This document shows positions 10,736 to 21,151 of a DNA stretch of 64,000 nt, piece by piece. This stretch comes from Bacilli bacterium (GTDB taxonomy: Bacteria; Bacillota_I; Bacilli_A; ML615J-28; CAG-698). The DNA is taken from NCBI GenBank assembly GCA_050174575.1, contig JBFXJT010000007.1, positions 6,648 to 70,647 on the forward strand, given 5' to 3'. Each line of letters opens with the position of its first letter. Positions within the stretch are counted from its first letter, which is position 1. Made by a program: the position numbers and the translations under genes. Below the pieces are notes generated by a model that saw nothing but the letters and a program-made list of their open reading frames with translations, was not told the origin of the DNA and did no database searches.

Positions 10736-11317
10736 TTATTTTTCCTCTGTTTTTCTTTTAATTCGTTTTGAAAAGTATGTATTAATGGCAGCAAGTGCTT
10801 TTTTCCCTAACTGGAATGTGACTAAAGACAAGTATCCAATCATAGCAAGAGCTATCATTGCAAGACCAATTGTTAATAATATGATTGGCAGTTGAACACC
10901 TGAAATAACCATGGATATCGCCATCGGAATTAAACTAACTAAAATAGCGACTGCCGATGCCACAAATGAAATCAGTAATGATAAAACAACTACAACTAAA
11001 GCAAAGGCAACTGCGCCAAGAGCGATGCCGATAGGAATTAAAATTGGCGAAGCACAAATACCCAAAATAATCCAAAAATTTTTGAGAGGGCTTGATGTTT
11101 GGTTGTTACTTCGGTTGATAACCAAATCAGCTGTTGTCTTACTTATAATGTTTTCGATAGTCCCGAATGATTCAATTGCTGCTTTTTCATCCAAGCCGTT
11201 TTCTTTTTTTTCTTCGATTAATTCGTCATAAAAGGCTATTATTCCGTCAACCTCTTCTTTTTTAAAAGCCTTTAACCGGCTTTTTAAAACCAATAAAAAT
11301 TCATTTTTGTTCATCAT
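10736..11317 (-). CDS. DUF1700-family membrane protein (PadR-associated HAAS-type sensor).
   Basis: 193 aa. Cytoplasmic helical N-terminal domain followed by several C-terminal TM helices. Overlaps the PadR gene upstream. Confidence 0.7.
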   Translation of the reverse strand: MMNKNEFLLVLKSRLKAFKKEEVDGIIAFYDELIEEKKENGLDEKAAIESFGTIENIISKTTADLVINRSNNQTSSPLKNFWIILGICASPILIPIGIALGAVAFALVVVVLSLLISFVASAVAILVSLIPMAISMVISGVQLPIILLTIGLAMIALAMIGYLSLVTFQLGKKALAAINTYFSKRIKRKTEEK

Positions 11318-11624
11318 TAAATCTCCCTTTTATAAATTGATAAACCTTATCGATATCCTGCCATTCATCCAAAAAATCTTTAATTTGTTTTTGACCTTGA
11401 GGCGTGATTTGGTAATATTTTCGCAATCTCCCCTGATGTTCTAAAGAATAAGACCGCAAATATTCAGCTTTCTCTAATCGACGTAAAATGGGGTACAATG
11501 TTGATTCAGAAACTTGAACCAAGGCTTGTGTATCTTGTAAAAGCTTATACCCATAACTATCATCTTCGATTAAAGACGCTAAGACGCAAATGTCTAATAA
11601 TCCCTTTTTTATTTGAGTTTTCAT
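11301..11624 (-). CDS. PadR-family transcriptional regulator.
   Basis: 107 aa with the winged-helix core DICVLASL...SYGYKLLQ...LYPILRRLEKAEYL typical of PadR. Confidence 0.9.
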   Translation of the reverse strand: MKTQIKKGLLDICVLASLIEDDSYGYKLLQDTQALVQVSESTLYPILRRLEKAEYLRSYSLEHQGRLRKYYQITPQGQKQIKDFLDEWQDIDKVYQFIKGRFNDEQK

Positions 11625-11707
11625 TATATCACCTTATGTATGGTATTATACATTACATAGTATTGATTGTCAAGCATATATGCAAAATATTTTTGTTTTA
11701 CATATAA

Positions 11708-11745
11708 AAAACCTCCTATAAACAATAAAAGGAGGTTTTAATTAA
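11708..11745 (-). terminator. Intrinsic terminator after the LRR lipoprotein gene.
   Basis: AAACCTCCT ... AGGAGGTTT inverted repeat, followed on the minus strand by TTTTTTAT. Confidence 0.5.
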
Positions 11746-11752
11746 TAAATTG

Positions 11753-13435
11753 TCACTTTCTAATTTTTATATGGTCTACTAAATTGTCATGAAAAACATA
11801 CTTATTGTCAATTGGCATATCACCCCATCGACTTATACACTGATCATAAATTTCTTCATAAACGTAAATCGACAAATCTTCATTTAATTTTACATCAATT
11901 TTTTGTTGTTCATTCAAAATATTGGAAATATAAATAATAAAATTTCCGGAAAAAAGTCTTACTATTTCGCCTTGTCTTAAATCATAATAAACATGAACTA
12001 AGTTGTGGCACTGGATAAAAGCTCCTGTTTCAACGGATTTAATCGTTGAAGAAAGGTATATTGTCTCTAAATCAAAACAATTTGCGAAAGCGGAAGCTTT
12101 TATTGTTTCACAACCTTCACCAAAAACAATTTCCAATAGACAATCTACATTGTCAAAAGCTCCAGTACTGATCTCCTTTGATGAAATGGTTAACTTATTA
12201 ATTGATGCATAATTAAAAGTTTTTGTTAGAACGACTTTTGCAGCAATATTTGCTTGATTTATTTTTGCATTAAAAAAGGCAAATTCAGAAATAGTATCAA
12301 CATGATTCCCGATAATCAAATTATCAAACGTTCGGCCAGCACATGAATATTCGCCAATTTTGTAAAAAACTTGAAAATCAGTTATGTCTGCATTACTTAG
12401 AATTAAATGATTTTGATTGTTTTCATTTACTACCAAAGAACCTTCTATTACATTATAAATGCTTTCATTACTAACTGTCATATTTTTTAGAGGGCAGCCA
12501 ATAAAGGCTTCTGCATTAACAAGAAGATTAGTTCCAAAAAAAACATTATTTAAATTAGAACAATTGAAAAAGGCATTTCTACCAAAAACGATATTTTGGT
12601 TGGGGAAGTTAATTTCTAAAAGATTAATACAGTTACTAAAGGCATTATCACCTATTTCTTTCATATTTGAAGTAAAATCAATTTTCGTTAATCCTGAATT
12701 TTCAAAAGCTTGGCTATTGATTATTTCAAGTGTTTCAGGAAAATTGATACTCGTTAATGAAGTACATCCAAAAAAGCAATTCCTACCAATTTCAGTTAAT
12801 TGTAAGGGAAGAGTAACGTTTGTTAACTGTAAACAATCATAGAATAAGTAGTCAGGAATAGTTGTGAAATTGTTTAAAAAAGTTACAGATGATATATCCG
12901 TGCTAGCGAAAGAAGAATCGGAAACTTCTACATCTTCTAGAACAATATTGCCTGATAATTTTGTACTCTGATATGCTCCAATCCCAATAAACTTAATATT
13001 TTCTGGGAGATTAATGACCGCTTCATTGTCATAAAACGCTTCTTGGCCTATATATTCAACACTATCAGCAATATTTACATTAAGCAGACCACTTTCAAAA
13101 AAAGCTTGATCTTCAATGATTTTTAGTCCCTCTTCGATAGTAAGGGATTCAATCGGTAAATTAACATCAGCCCCCCAGATACCATGATTCATCTTAAAAG
13201 CTTCACTTTTGATGGTAGAGACTTGTTTATTATTATGATAGGCAGGGATAAGGATATCTTTTACATAAAGCCCCGAAAATCCAGTCACTGCATAAGTATC
13301 ATCATCTAGGAGTTCAAACTCTAAATAATCATGGGGATTGGTACTTTTACTATAGCGCCCACCACATGCTGTCAACATTGTCAACAAAAAAAATATACTA
13401 ATAAAAAATGTAAAAAATAAAGTGACTTTCTTCAT
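11753..13435 (-). CDS. BspA-type leucine-rich-repeat surface lipoprotein.
   Basis: Signal peptide with lipobox LLTMLTAC-G. Repeated approx 22-aa LRR units (e.g. IGDNAFSNCINLLEINFP, AFFNCSNLNNVFFG). Confidence 0.75.
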   Translation of the reverse strand: MKKVTLFFTFFISIFFLLTMLTACGGRYSKSTNPHDYLEFELLDDDTYAVTGFSGLYVKDILIPAYHNNKQVSTIKSEAFKMNHGIWGADVNLPIESLTIEEGLKIIEDQAFFESGLLNVNIADSVEYIGQEAFYDNEAVINLPENIKFIGIGAYQSTKLSGNIVLEDVEVSDSSFASTDISSVTFLNNFTTIPDYLFYDCLQLTNVTLPLQLTEIGRNCFFGCTSLTSINFPETLEIINSQAFENSGLTKIDFTSNMKEIGDNAFSNCINLLEINFPNQNIVFGRNAFFNCSNLNNVFFGTNLLVNAEAFIGCPLKNMTVSNESIYNVIEGSLVVNENNQNHLILSNADITDFQVFYKIGEYSCAGRTFDNLIIGNHVDTISEFAFFNAKINQANIAAKVVLTKTFNYASINKLTISSKEISTGAFDNVDCLLEIVFGEGCETIKASAFANCFDLETIYLSSTIKSVETGAFIQCHNLVHVYYDLRQGEIVRLFSGNFIIYISNILNEQQKIDVKLNEDLSIYVYEEIYDQCISRWGDMPIDNKYVFHDNLVDHIKIRK

Positions 13436-13569
13436 TAAAAATAAACTCCAATACTTTGAGAAATTTTTATACTTTCGATTTTTATATCATAATTGTTTTT
13501 AATCCATTTTATTTTTTGAAAAAAAGCTTTAATACAAATTAATTTTGCATTAAAGCGTTTGTCTCTAAA

Positions 13570-13644
13570 TGGTGGAATCAGAGGGGTTTGAACCCACGAC
13601 CCCTTGCACGTCAAGCAAGTGCTCTCCCGCTGAGCTATGATTCC
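13570..13644 (-). tRNA. tRNA-Val (anticodon GAC, inferred).
   Basis: Manual cloverleaf fold: acceptor GGAATCA/TGATTCC, D-arm GCTC/GAGC, anticodon stem CTTGC/GCAAG with loop TTGACGT, T-arm GTGGG-TTCAAAC-CCCTC, encoded CCA. G37 and one T-stem mismatch are unusual. Confidence 0.7.
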
Positions 13645-13701
13645 AAGCAAAGTAATTATACTAAAATGAAAAGCAAATTGCAATCCTAATTTAATTACTC
13701 A

Positions 13702-13728
13702 TCAAAAAATGGCACCTTTTGGTGCCAC
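13702..13728 (-). terminator. Intrinsic terminator ending the lysine-fermentation operon.
   Basis: TGGCACC-TTTT-GGTGCCA hairpin followed on the minus strand by TTTTTT. Confidence 0.6.
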
Positions 13729-13731
13729 TTT

Positions 13732-14469
13732 CTATTCATTCAATTGCTTTCTTCTAATTAATTCTAAAACAGCAAAAGATGCTACATCTTCGGCATATTT
13801 CTTTTGACCGAATCCAGCATCATACCCCAATTCTTTTGCAAGTTCATGAGTTATTCTGGCTCCTCCGGCAATCAAAAGGACTTGATCTCTAATCCCTTCC
13901 GCTTCTAACATTTCCACAAGTTCTAATAAATTTTTCAAATGAACGTCTTTTTGTGTTACTGTTTGGCTAACAAGCAAAACATCCGCTTTAACTTCTTTAG
14001 CTTTTTTCACAAAAGCTTCATTGGAAACTTGACTACCTAAATTGTAAGTTTTGATGTTTTTATAGCGTTCTAAACCATAATGACCAGCAAAACCCTTCAT
14101 GTTCATAATGGCATCGATCCCAACAGTATGGGCATCAGTTCCTGTAGAAGCACCAATAAAAACAATTTCTCTTTTCAATTCGTTTTCAATCATTATTTCT
14201 ATTTCTTCTTTTGTATAAGTCGGAGTTGTGACATCACTAACATGAATAAGATTAGGATCAACAGAAAAAGGAATGGATCCATAAATAACATAAAAGCTAA
14301 AATTATCGCCCAAGGTCTCAGCTGCAACAACTTGAGGATCAATCAAACCCATTTGTTTTGCAAGAGACTTAGCGCATTCAATTCCTAGCGTGTTATTAAC
14401 AAGCGGTAAAGAAAAACTTATTTGGACTTTACCATCATTTGATGTATCGCCATAAGGTTTAATCAACAT
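13732..14469 (-). CDS. kamE: Lysine 5,6-aminomutase beta subunit (B12-binding).
   Basis: 245 aa with the Rossmann B12-binding motif IGASTGTDAHTVG (DxHxxG). Sits immediately downstream of the alpha subunit. Confidence 0.85.
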   Translation of the reverse strand: MLIKPYGDTSNDGKVQISFSLPLVNNTLGIECAKSLAKQMGLIDPQVVAAETLGDNFSFYVIYGSIPFSVDPNLIHVSDVTTPTYTKEEIEIMIENELKREIVFIGASTGTDAHTVGIDAIMNMKGFAGHYGLERYKNIKTYNLGSQVSNEAFVKKAKEVKADVLLVSQTVTQKDVHLKNLLELVEMLEAEGIRDQVLLIAGGARITHELAKELGYDAGFGQKKYAEDVASFAVLELIRRKQLNE

Positions 14470-16015
14470 GTTCTTCCTCCTCTAAAGCATCCATAACAAC
14501 ATTAACATAATTGTGGTGCTTTAAAAAAACGCCTTCTAATCCTTTTCCTCCAGTAAAACTGCGTTTGATGTCCGCAAATACGCCGTTTTCTAAAGCTTTG
14601 AATAGCGACATTTGTTCGATTTCTTGCAATAATTGATGAGCTTCGTTCAAAACATTTTTAGCTCTTTTTGCCATGATTCCATTTTGTTTATATTCAATTT
14701 CATCACCGAATGACTTCATCGAATTAGCAATCAATTTTGCATTTTCAATTGCTAAGTAGCGATCAGACATAAATGGTGTATGAATGGCTTCCGTCATCAT
14801 CCCCAACAGATGAATTGATTGATTAGAGATGATTGTTGCCATATTGAACATTGTGTTTTGCATATAAGCTCGGAAAATATTCCCAGTTATATGTTTTGTT
14901 GGTGGCATATATTTTAAAGGAGCCTCAGGGAAAATTTCTCTAGCCATTTGAGCTTGGGCTAATTCATACAAAAAACTATTTTCAATTGTCGGATCAATTT
15001 CAAAAGCATGGCCTAAACCCATTAAATTTTTTGGGAGGTGAGCTTTTATGGCGAATTGTTCATTAATAAATTGTGAAGCTAAAACGGTATGAGCTTGCGA
15101 ATAGGCATCAGCTGTTGTTAAGTAATTATCTTCACCGGTATTAATGATGATTCCCGCTAAAGCATTAATCCTTCTTGAAAAATTTTGATCAATTAGCGTT
15201 CTTTGCATATTAATATCACGGAAAATTATGCCATAAAGACTATCATTGAGTAAAACGTCGAGCCTTTCCAAAGCAGCCATTGCGGCGATTTCCGGCATAC
15301 ATAAACCCGATGCATAATTGACTAATTTTATATACCTTTTTTCCTGATGAGAAACCTGATCAAGTGCTTCACGCATAATGCGAAAGTTTTCTTGGGTGGC
15401 ATAAGTTCCGCCAAATCCCTCAGTTGTCGCCCCAAAAGGAACAAAATCTAATAAAGACTGCCCTGTTGACCTAATAACGGCAATAATATCAGCACCAGCC
15501 TTGGCAGCAGCTTTAGCTTGGATGACATCTTCATAGATGTTACCCGTTGCTACAATAACATAAATTTCAGTTGCTTTAGGTGGATATAGAGTAAACAAAG
15601 CTGCTCTTTTTTGTTTGTTTTGTTTAATTTTTTCTATTTGTTTTTGAACATATGGCTGTAAACTTAATTTAATATTTTTAGGAGATGCTAACGGAAAATC
15701 CGTTAATTTCATATCACCATTTAGGACGCTAGCCACCAAATCATTTAATGTTTTTTTAGTAGCAATCAAGGCACTCCCTAGATAACTGGAAACACCCAAA
15801 GTCAAATCGCCACTTTCTTTAACTTGGTTGACTAGTACATTAGGGATTGGCACGTCGAAGTCATCGACGCCATCAATTCCTAATAATCGAACAACAGTCC
15901 GCTCAATGGCAACGGTCGTGCGTTCGTTGATAAAGTTCTGAACATCATCAGCAATATGCAAGGCACATTGGCGACATTCATTGATAATATTTTGATCTAA
16001 ATGGAATTTATTCAT
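14459..16015 (-). CDS. kamD: Lysine 5,6-aminomutase alpha subunit (PLP/TIM-barrel).
   Basis: 518 aa. Size and context (kamE downstream, kamA upstream) fit 5,6-LAM alpha. Confidence 0.85.
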   Translation of the reverse strand: MNKFHLDQNIINECRQCALHIADDVQNFINERTTVAIERTVVRLLGIDGVDDFDVPIPNVLVNQVKESGDLTLGVSSYLGSALIATKKTLNDLVASVLNGDMKLTDFPLASPKNIKLSLQPYVQKQIEKIKQNKQKRAALFTLYPPKATEIYVIVATGNIYEDVIQAKAAAKAGADIIAVIRSTGQSLLDFVPFGATTEGFGGTYATQENFRIMREALDQVSHQEKRYIKLVNYASGLCMPEIAAMAALERLDVLLNDSLYGIIFRDINMQRTLIDQNFSRRINALAGIIINTGEDNYLTTADAYSQAHTVLASQFINEQFAIKAHLPKNLMGLGHAFEIDPTIENSFLYELAQAQMAREIFPEAPLKYMPPTKHITGNIFRAYMQNTMFNMATIISNQSIHLLGMMTEAIHTPFMSDRYLAIENAKLIANSMKSFGDEIEYKQNGIMAKRAKNVLNEAHQLLQEIEQMSLFKALENGVFADIKRSFTGGKGLEGVFLKHHNYVNVVMDALEEEEHVD

Positions 16016-16016
16016 A

Positions 16017-16922
16017 TTAATTACTCTTTTCTAAAACATCGTATATCGGTAAAGTTATTCTATCTTCTATTTTATTACGAAAATTTGCTAAAGAAATGAC
16101 ATTTCCAGTAGGAGAGAATGGATTAAAAGTTAAGGCAACAAGATTTATTGGTTGAAGTACAAAAATTTTTTGTTTTAAAAGCAACAAATGTTTTAACAAA
16201 ATATCATCAGCTAATAAATGTGTAGGACTATTAACGATTAAATCACAATTTAAGTTTTGACGATTGTCAATTAAGGCTTTTAAAAATGATGGACTAACCG
16301 CTTTAGGAACATATACATAACGAATATTTTGCTTAATTTGGGAAATTATGTCTGCTCCACAATCTAGTGTTGTCGTTCTTTTTAAGAATGACATTTTATT
16401 TTGATCATCAATTAAAACAATGTCATCCCATTCTTTTAAGTCAAGTGTCCCATTATATTTTGGCAAATTGAATAATTTGATGGTGTTTAAAGTATGTAGA
16501 ACAATTTTGTCAAGTTGATAGGAAAAACTAGAACCAACACAAAAAATCGTGGCATCACAAATTTGTGCAAGGGTTGTTCGGGAAAAAGCTCCATCAATCA
16601 ATATTTTTTGACATTCATATTCTTTTAATTTATCAATAATCATCCGCATTGATTGAATTGTCGATGGTCCCCCAACAAGACAGTTGCCGGCTTTGGTAAT
16701 TTTGATTAACACAATGGGACCTAATGCGGTCACAATCTTTGTTTCTTCGATAATGTCATATTGGGCTTCACATTCATCCAAACAATTTTTAGCGGTTGCA
16801 ACAATGGTGTTTGTGGAAGTAAAAATCCTTGGTTTCGGCAAGAAAGTGATTTGATCAATTTTTTCGCCATCAAGGCCAATAGAAGAAATACCCGTTGTAA
16901 TCGATTGATATTGTGTTAACAA
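16017..16922 (-). CDS. Conserved hypothetical protein inside the kam operon; possible 5,6-aminomutase accessory factor.
   Basis: 301-aa ORF starting with TTG, between kamA and kamD, translationally coupled to kamD (1-nt gap). No recognisable motifs. Confidence 0.45.
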   Translation of the reverse strand: MLTQYQSITTGISSIGLDGEKIDQITFLPKPRIFTSTNTIVATAKNCLDECEAQYDIIEETKIVTALGPIVLIKITKAGNCLVGGPSTIQSMRMIIDKLKEYECQKILIDGAFSRTTLAQICDATIFCVGSSFSYQLDKIVLHTLNTIKLFNLPKYNGTLDLKEWDDIVLIDDQNKMSFLKRTTTLDCGADIISQIKQNIRYVYVPKAVSPSFLKALIDNRQNLNCDLIVNSPTHLLADDILLKHLLLLKQKIFVLQPINLVALTFNPFSPTGNVISLANFRNKIEDRITLPIYDVLEKSN

Positions 16923-17002
16923 AAAATTTAAAACTGTTGTTTTCCCTGCATTTTTTGCATTGCCAACTGTACAAATTACTTGATAATCTTCAAGTAATGA
17001 AG

Positions 17003-18259
17003 TTAATGCTTTAATGCTCGTTCTCGTCTTTCTAAATGTTTGGGTTCGATTGCTCTTTGTTTGCCGGCAAGTAATCCACTAACACCTTCAGCTTCTTTAC
17101 TAGTACTGCAATTTGGATTTTCATGATAATCAGTTGGTTCATTGTAAGTGGTAATAACACCTTCATAATTTCTCAAAACAACTTTTCCCGGTGCTTGTGA
17201 AATTACATAGTTAGGCATAACGGGGATTTTACCTCCACCACCAGGAGCATCAACGACAAATGTCGGAACGCATAACCCACTAATGTGACCACGTAAACCT
17301 TCGATAATTTCAATACCTTTACTAATTGGTGTTCGGAAATGCTCAATACCAAGAGAAAGATCACATTGGTATAAATAGTATGGGCGAACACGCATTTGCA
17401 CTAAGCACGTGCATAATTTTCGCATTGTATCGACACAGTCATTAACGCCTCTTAAAAGAACACTTTGATTTCCCAAAGGAATTCCGGCATCAGCCATTTT
17501 CGCAATAGCCTTGGCACTTTCTTCAGTTATTTCATCATAATGGTTAAAATGAGTATTTACCCAAATAGGATGATATTTTTTTAACATTGAAACAAGTTCG
17601 TCCGTAATTCTTTGAGGCATAACAACGGGTGTCCTTGTGCCAATGCGGATAATTTCTACATGGTCAATTGCTCTTAAACGAGAAATGATTGATTCCAATT
17701 TCGCATCACTCATTAATAAAGCATCACCACCGGATAACAAGACATCTCGAACAGCAGGTGTTTTGCGAATATACTCAATTGCTTGTTCAATGCGATCACT
17801 TGGTAAATCATGGTCTGTTTGTCCTGCAAAACGTCTTCTTGTACAATGACGGCAATACATACTACACATATCCGTAATCAAAAACAAAACACGGTCAGGA
17901 TAACGATGTGTTAATCCAGGTACAGGTGAATCCTTATCTTCATCAAGCGGATCAACAAGATCGTTCTTGCCAATGATCATTTCATTAATGCTCGGGATAG
18001 CCTGTTTTCTAATTGGGCAATCAACGTTGTCTGGATCGATTAAACACAAAAAATAAGGTGTAATGGCCATCCGAAAACGTGATAGTACTTCAGTAATCTG
18101 TTGTTCTTCTTCGCTCGTTAAATTGATATATTTTTTAAGTTGCAAGACATCGGTAATCCGGTTTCGAACCTGCCAATGCCAGTCTTGCCAATCTGTTGAA
18201 GAGACATTAGGAAAATACTTTTGTTTTCTTTCTAAATATCTTTCATTTACTATTAACAT
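17003..18259 (-). CDS. kamA: L-lysine 2,3-aminomutase (radical SAM).
   Basis: 418 aa with the CSMYCRHC radical-SAM cysteine triad and the KamA-like length. Confidence 0.9.
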   Translation of the reverse strand: MLIVNERYLERKQKYFPNVSSTDWQDWHWQVRNRITDVLQLKKYINLTSEEEQQITEVLSRFRMAITPYFLCLIDPDNVDCPIRKQAIPSINEMIIGKNDLVDPLDEDKDSPVPGLTHRYPDRVLFLITDMCSMYCRHCTRRRFAGQTDHDLPSDRIEQAIEYIRKTPAVRDVLLSGGDALLMSDAKLESIISRLRAIDHVEIIRIGTRTPVVMPQRITDELVSMLKKYHPIWVNTHFNHYDEITEESAKAIAKMADAGIPLGNQSVLLRGVNDCVDTMRKLCTCLVQMRVRPYYLYQCDLSLGIEHFRTPISKGIEIIEGLRGHISGLCVPTFVVDAPGGGGKIPVMPNYVISQAPGKVVLRNYEGVITTYNEPTDYHENPNCSTSKEAEGVSGLLAGKQRAIEPKHLERRERALKH

Positions 18260-18262
18260 AAT

Positions 18263-19303
18263 TTACTCCTTCGGTTGATATCTTTTTACAAATAGATCAT
18301 AAAGCGGTTTTGATTCCCTTAAAAGGCTCAAGGTTAAATCGGCGTGTCCCGGAGTATAACCGTTACCGATAATCATGGTAGCTTCACTGGCAATGCCTTC
18401 AGCACCTAAAGCAGCTTTTGTGAAAGAAGTTGCCATACTGAAGAAATAAACAATACCGCTTGGTTTGGTTGCTAAAATCGATGTCATTTCTGTATTTGGA
18501 ACATTAACGACATTAATTGTGACATCAACTTGTTGATTATTATTGACTCGCATGATTTCTTGATAGACTGCCATCGGATCTCTAGCATCTGCTACAATGA
18601 TTTCGTCACAGACTCCGAGTGATTGCAAATCTTCAAGTTTATTGGTATTACTTATTAGCGCTATGATTTTGCCATTTGGACCGGCGTTCTTGTGAGCTTG
18701 ATAGCAGCATAATACACCACTTTTACCAGCTGCCCCTAGCACCAAAACAGTATTGTTAGGTTTAACCAATTTTTCAACTTGTGCAGGTGCACCAGCAACA
18801 TCTAAAGCAGATAATACTAAATGTTCACTTAAGTCATTGGGGATTTTCGCATAAATGCCCGTAGCAAATAAGATTGCTTCTGCTTCAACATCAACTTGAT
18901 CTTTATGCAAATGAATTTGTTTGATCGCTTTTATTTTTAATGGTGTTAGTGATAAAGAAACTAAAGTCACAATTTTATCACCAATTTTTAAATCGCATTT
19001 TAAGTCTTTTCCTATTTGTTTAATAACACCTAAAAGCATTCCCCCACTACCTGTTACAGGGTTTTGCATTTTTCCGCGTTTATTGACAATATCCATAATC
19101 ATCGTTTTCATGGCTTCCACATCACTATTAGTTGCTTGTTTAATTTGGGTAAAAGATGCGGAATCGATATTTAATGTTTTTACATCAATTAAAATTTCAT
19201 TGTCTTGGCAAATCATCGTATTATCTAATTGATCTGCAGCTTGAGGGAGAACACCTACCGGACTAATGACACGGTGAGTTCCATAAGGGCATGGCTTTTT
19301 CAT
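18263..19303 (-). CDS. kdd: L-erythro-3,5-diaminohexanoate dehydrogenase.
   Basis: 346 aa with a Rossmann GAAGKSG-type fold. Position between kamA and kce matches lysine-fermentation clusters. Confidence 0.8.
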   Translation of the reverse strand: MKKPCPYGTHRVISPVGVLPQAADQLDNTMICQDNEILIDVKTLNIDSASFTQIKQATNSDVEAMKTMIMDIVNKRGKMQNPVTGSGGMLLGVIKQIGKDLKCDLKIGDKIVTLVSLSLTPLKIKAIKQIHLHKDQVDVEAEAILFATGIYAKIPNDLSEHLVLSALDVAGAPAQVEKLVKPNNTVLVLGAAGKSGVLCCYQAHKNAGPNGKIIALISNTNKLEDLQSLGVCDEIIVADARDPMAVYQEIMRVNNNQQVDVTINVVNVPNTEMTSILATKPSGIVYFFSMATSFTKAALGAEGIASEATMIIGNGYTPGHADLTLSLLRESKPLYDLFVKRYQPKE

Positions 19304-20127
19304 ATTTTCTTCTCCATTCTTAATATTTTTCTAGTTTCTTCGGGATTGGCAATTTCCCGATTGTATTTTTTTGCAATTTGAACGACTTTCGCTACTAAAG
19401 CGGCATTCGATGGAGCTAATACTCCTTTGTCAATGTAAATATTGTCTTCTAAACCAACGCGAACATGACCACCATGCATAATGGAAAGTTCTGCAAGGGA
19501 AAATTCAAAACGACCGATTCCGGCAACACTATATGTCGCATCATTTGGAATGCTGTCCTTTAAAAACAGAAAATCCCGTTCTTCTCCAGTCATTCCACCG
19601 TTAACTCCTAAAACAAAACTAAAATGGTAGGGTGGATTAATAAAGCCTTTTTTCGCAAGTCTTTGTATCATATCAATATGACCTTTTTCAAAGCATTCAA
19701 GTTCTTTATAAATATGACGACTTTCCAAAACATTGGCAAAATACTTAATATCGTTTTCTGTATTAACAAAAATATCATCACCACCAAAGTTTAATGTTCC
19801 ACAATCAAGCGTCGCCATTTCAGGATTTAGAGTAACCGGACCTAAACGCTCATCACGGCTCATGCCAACGGCTCCTCCAGTTGATACTTGAACGATGACA
19901 TCGGGACATTTAGCTTTGATTGCTGTAATGATTTCTTTAAAACGTTTGGCATCTTGCGTCGGCGTTCCATCATCAAAACGGGCATGCAAGTGAATGATTG
20001 ATGCTTTCGCCAAATAAGCCTGATAAGCACTTTCAGCCATCTCTGAAACAGTATAGGGAACATTGGGATTATGGTCTTTAGTAACTTCCGCACCAGAAAT
20101 AGCACAAGTAATGATTAATTTTTCCAT
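19300..20127 (-). CDS. kce: 3-keto-5-aminohexanoate cleavage enzyme (BKACE/DUF849).
   Basis: Start placed at [17 protein letters not shown] (RBS GAGGAAAA). The TIM-barrel DUF849 family signature [10 protein letters not shown] is present. Confidence 0.8.
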   Translation of the reverse strand: MEKLIITCAISGAEVTKDHNPNVPYTVSEMAESAYQAYLAKASIIHLHARFDDGTPTQDAKRFKEIITAIKAKCPDVIVQVSTGGAVGMSRDERLGPVTLNPEMATLDCGTLNFGGDDIFVNTENDIKYFANVLESRHIYKELECFEKGHIDMIQRLAKKGFINPPYHFSFVLGVNGGMTGEERDFLFLKDSIPNDATYSVAGIGRFEFSLAELSIMHGGHVRVGLEDNIYIDKGVLAPSNAALVAKVVQIAKKYNREIANPEETRKILRMEKKI

Positions 20128-20507
20128 GTTTTCCTCTGAAGAGCTTTTGGTACAACACAAGTACCCTTTGCAGAAGCAACCAAAATTGGTTCATCTAAAA
20201 AATCAGCTGCTGAAGGAACAATATTTGGTTTAGCTTCGATTACTTTGTAACATGCAAAAGTCATTTTTCTTGAAGTGTTTCCCACTTCAACAATTTCACC
20301 ATGCACTTCCAAAAAGTCACCAGCATAAACCGGAGCCAAAAAATCTACTTGCTCGTAAGCCCGAAATAATCCTTCATCTCCATCATGGCGAATGAGCAAT
20401 TCTGTCGCAACATCGCCAAATAAAGCTAAGATTCGAGCTCCATCCACAAGATTTCCTCCATAATGGGCATCGCTTAAGGACATTCGTAAACGGATTATTG
20501 TTTTCAT
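20115..20507 (-). CDS. kal: 3-aminobutyryl-CoA ammonia-lyase (hotdog fold).
   Basis: 130-aa hotdog-size protein located between kce and the CoA-transferase genes, as in Fusobacterium/Clostridium lysine clusters. Confidence 0.75.
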   Translation of the reverse strand: MKTIIRLRMSLSDAHYGGNLVDGARILALFGDVATELLIRHDGDEGLFRAYEQVDFLAPVYAGDFLEVHGEIVEVGNTSRKMTFACYKVIEAKPNIVPSAADFLDEPILVASAKGTCVVPKALQRKTWKN

Positions 20508-21151
20508 ATTGAAACTCCTTTCATTGGCAATACTTGATCAATAATTAAAGTTGCTTCAGTTACAGCGACAACTTCATCAATCGAATAATTAGGATGAACT
20601 TCTAATAGATGTAACCCATCGTCACGAACCTCCATAACGGCCATTTCTGTAACGATTAAGTTAGCTTGTTTATAAGCAGTAAGTGGTAAAACACAACGTT
20701 TTAATATTTTTGATTTTCCATTATTTGTATGTTGCATCGCAATAATAACCTTTTTAGCACCAACAACCAAATCCATGGCACCACCCATTCCCGGAACTTT
20801 CTTTCCTGGAATAATCCATGAAGCAAGGCTACCTTCTTCATCAACTTCAAGAGCACCTAGGACAGTGACATCAACATGACCACCACGAATAAACATAAAG
20901 GAAGTTGCAGAATCAATAAACGATCCTCCCGGCATAATCGTTGCTTTCATTCCTCCGGCATTAACGATATCACTTTGTTCTTCTGTTAATGGGCCAATAC
21001 CAATTATTCCATTTTCTGATTGTAAAATGACATGTTTGGTCGGAGGAATAAAATTTGCCACTAAAGTAGGAGTACCAATACCCAAATTGACAATATCGCC
21101 ATCTTTAAGTTCTAAAGCTATTCGACTAGCAATAATAAACTTTTCGTCCAT
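20504..21151 (-). CDS. atoA: 3-oxoacid (acetoacetate):butyrate CoA-transferase subunit B.
   Basis: 215 aa. N-terminus [29 protein letters not shown] is characteristic of the family I CoA-transferase beta subunit. Confidence 0.85.
   Translation of the reverse strand: MDEKFIIASRIALELKDGDIVNLGIGTPTLVANFIPPTKHVILQSENGIIGIGPLTEEQSDIVNAGGMKATIMPGGSFIDSATSFMFIRGGHVDVTVLGALEVDEEGSLASWIIPGKKVPGMGGAMDLVVGAKKVIIAMQHTNNGKSKILKRCVLPLTAYKQANLIVTEMAVMEVRDDGLHLLEVHPNYSIDEVVAVTEATLIIDQVLPMKGVSI

Noticed and set aside
13435-13683. 82-aa minus-strand ORF in the track
   Set aside because: It overlaps the tRNA-Val gene and the LRR gene promoter region and shows no RBS. Treated as spurious.
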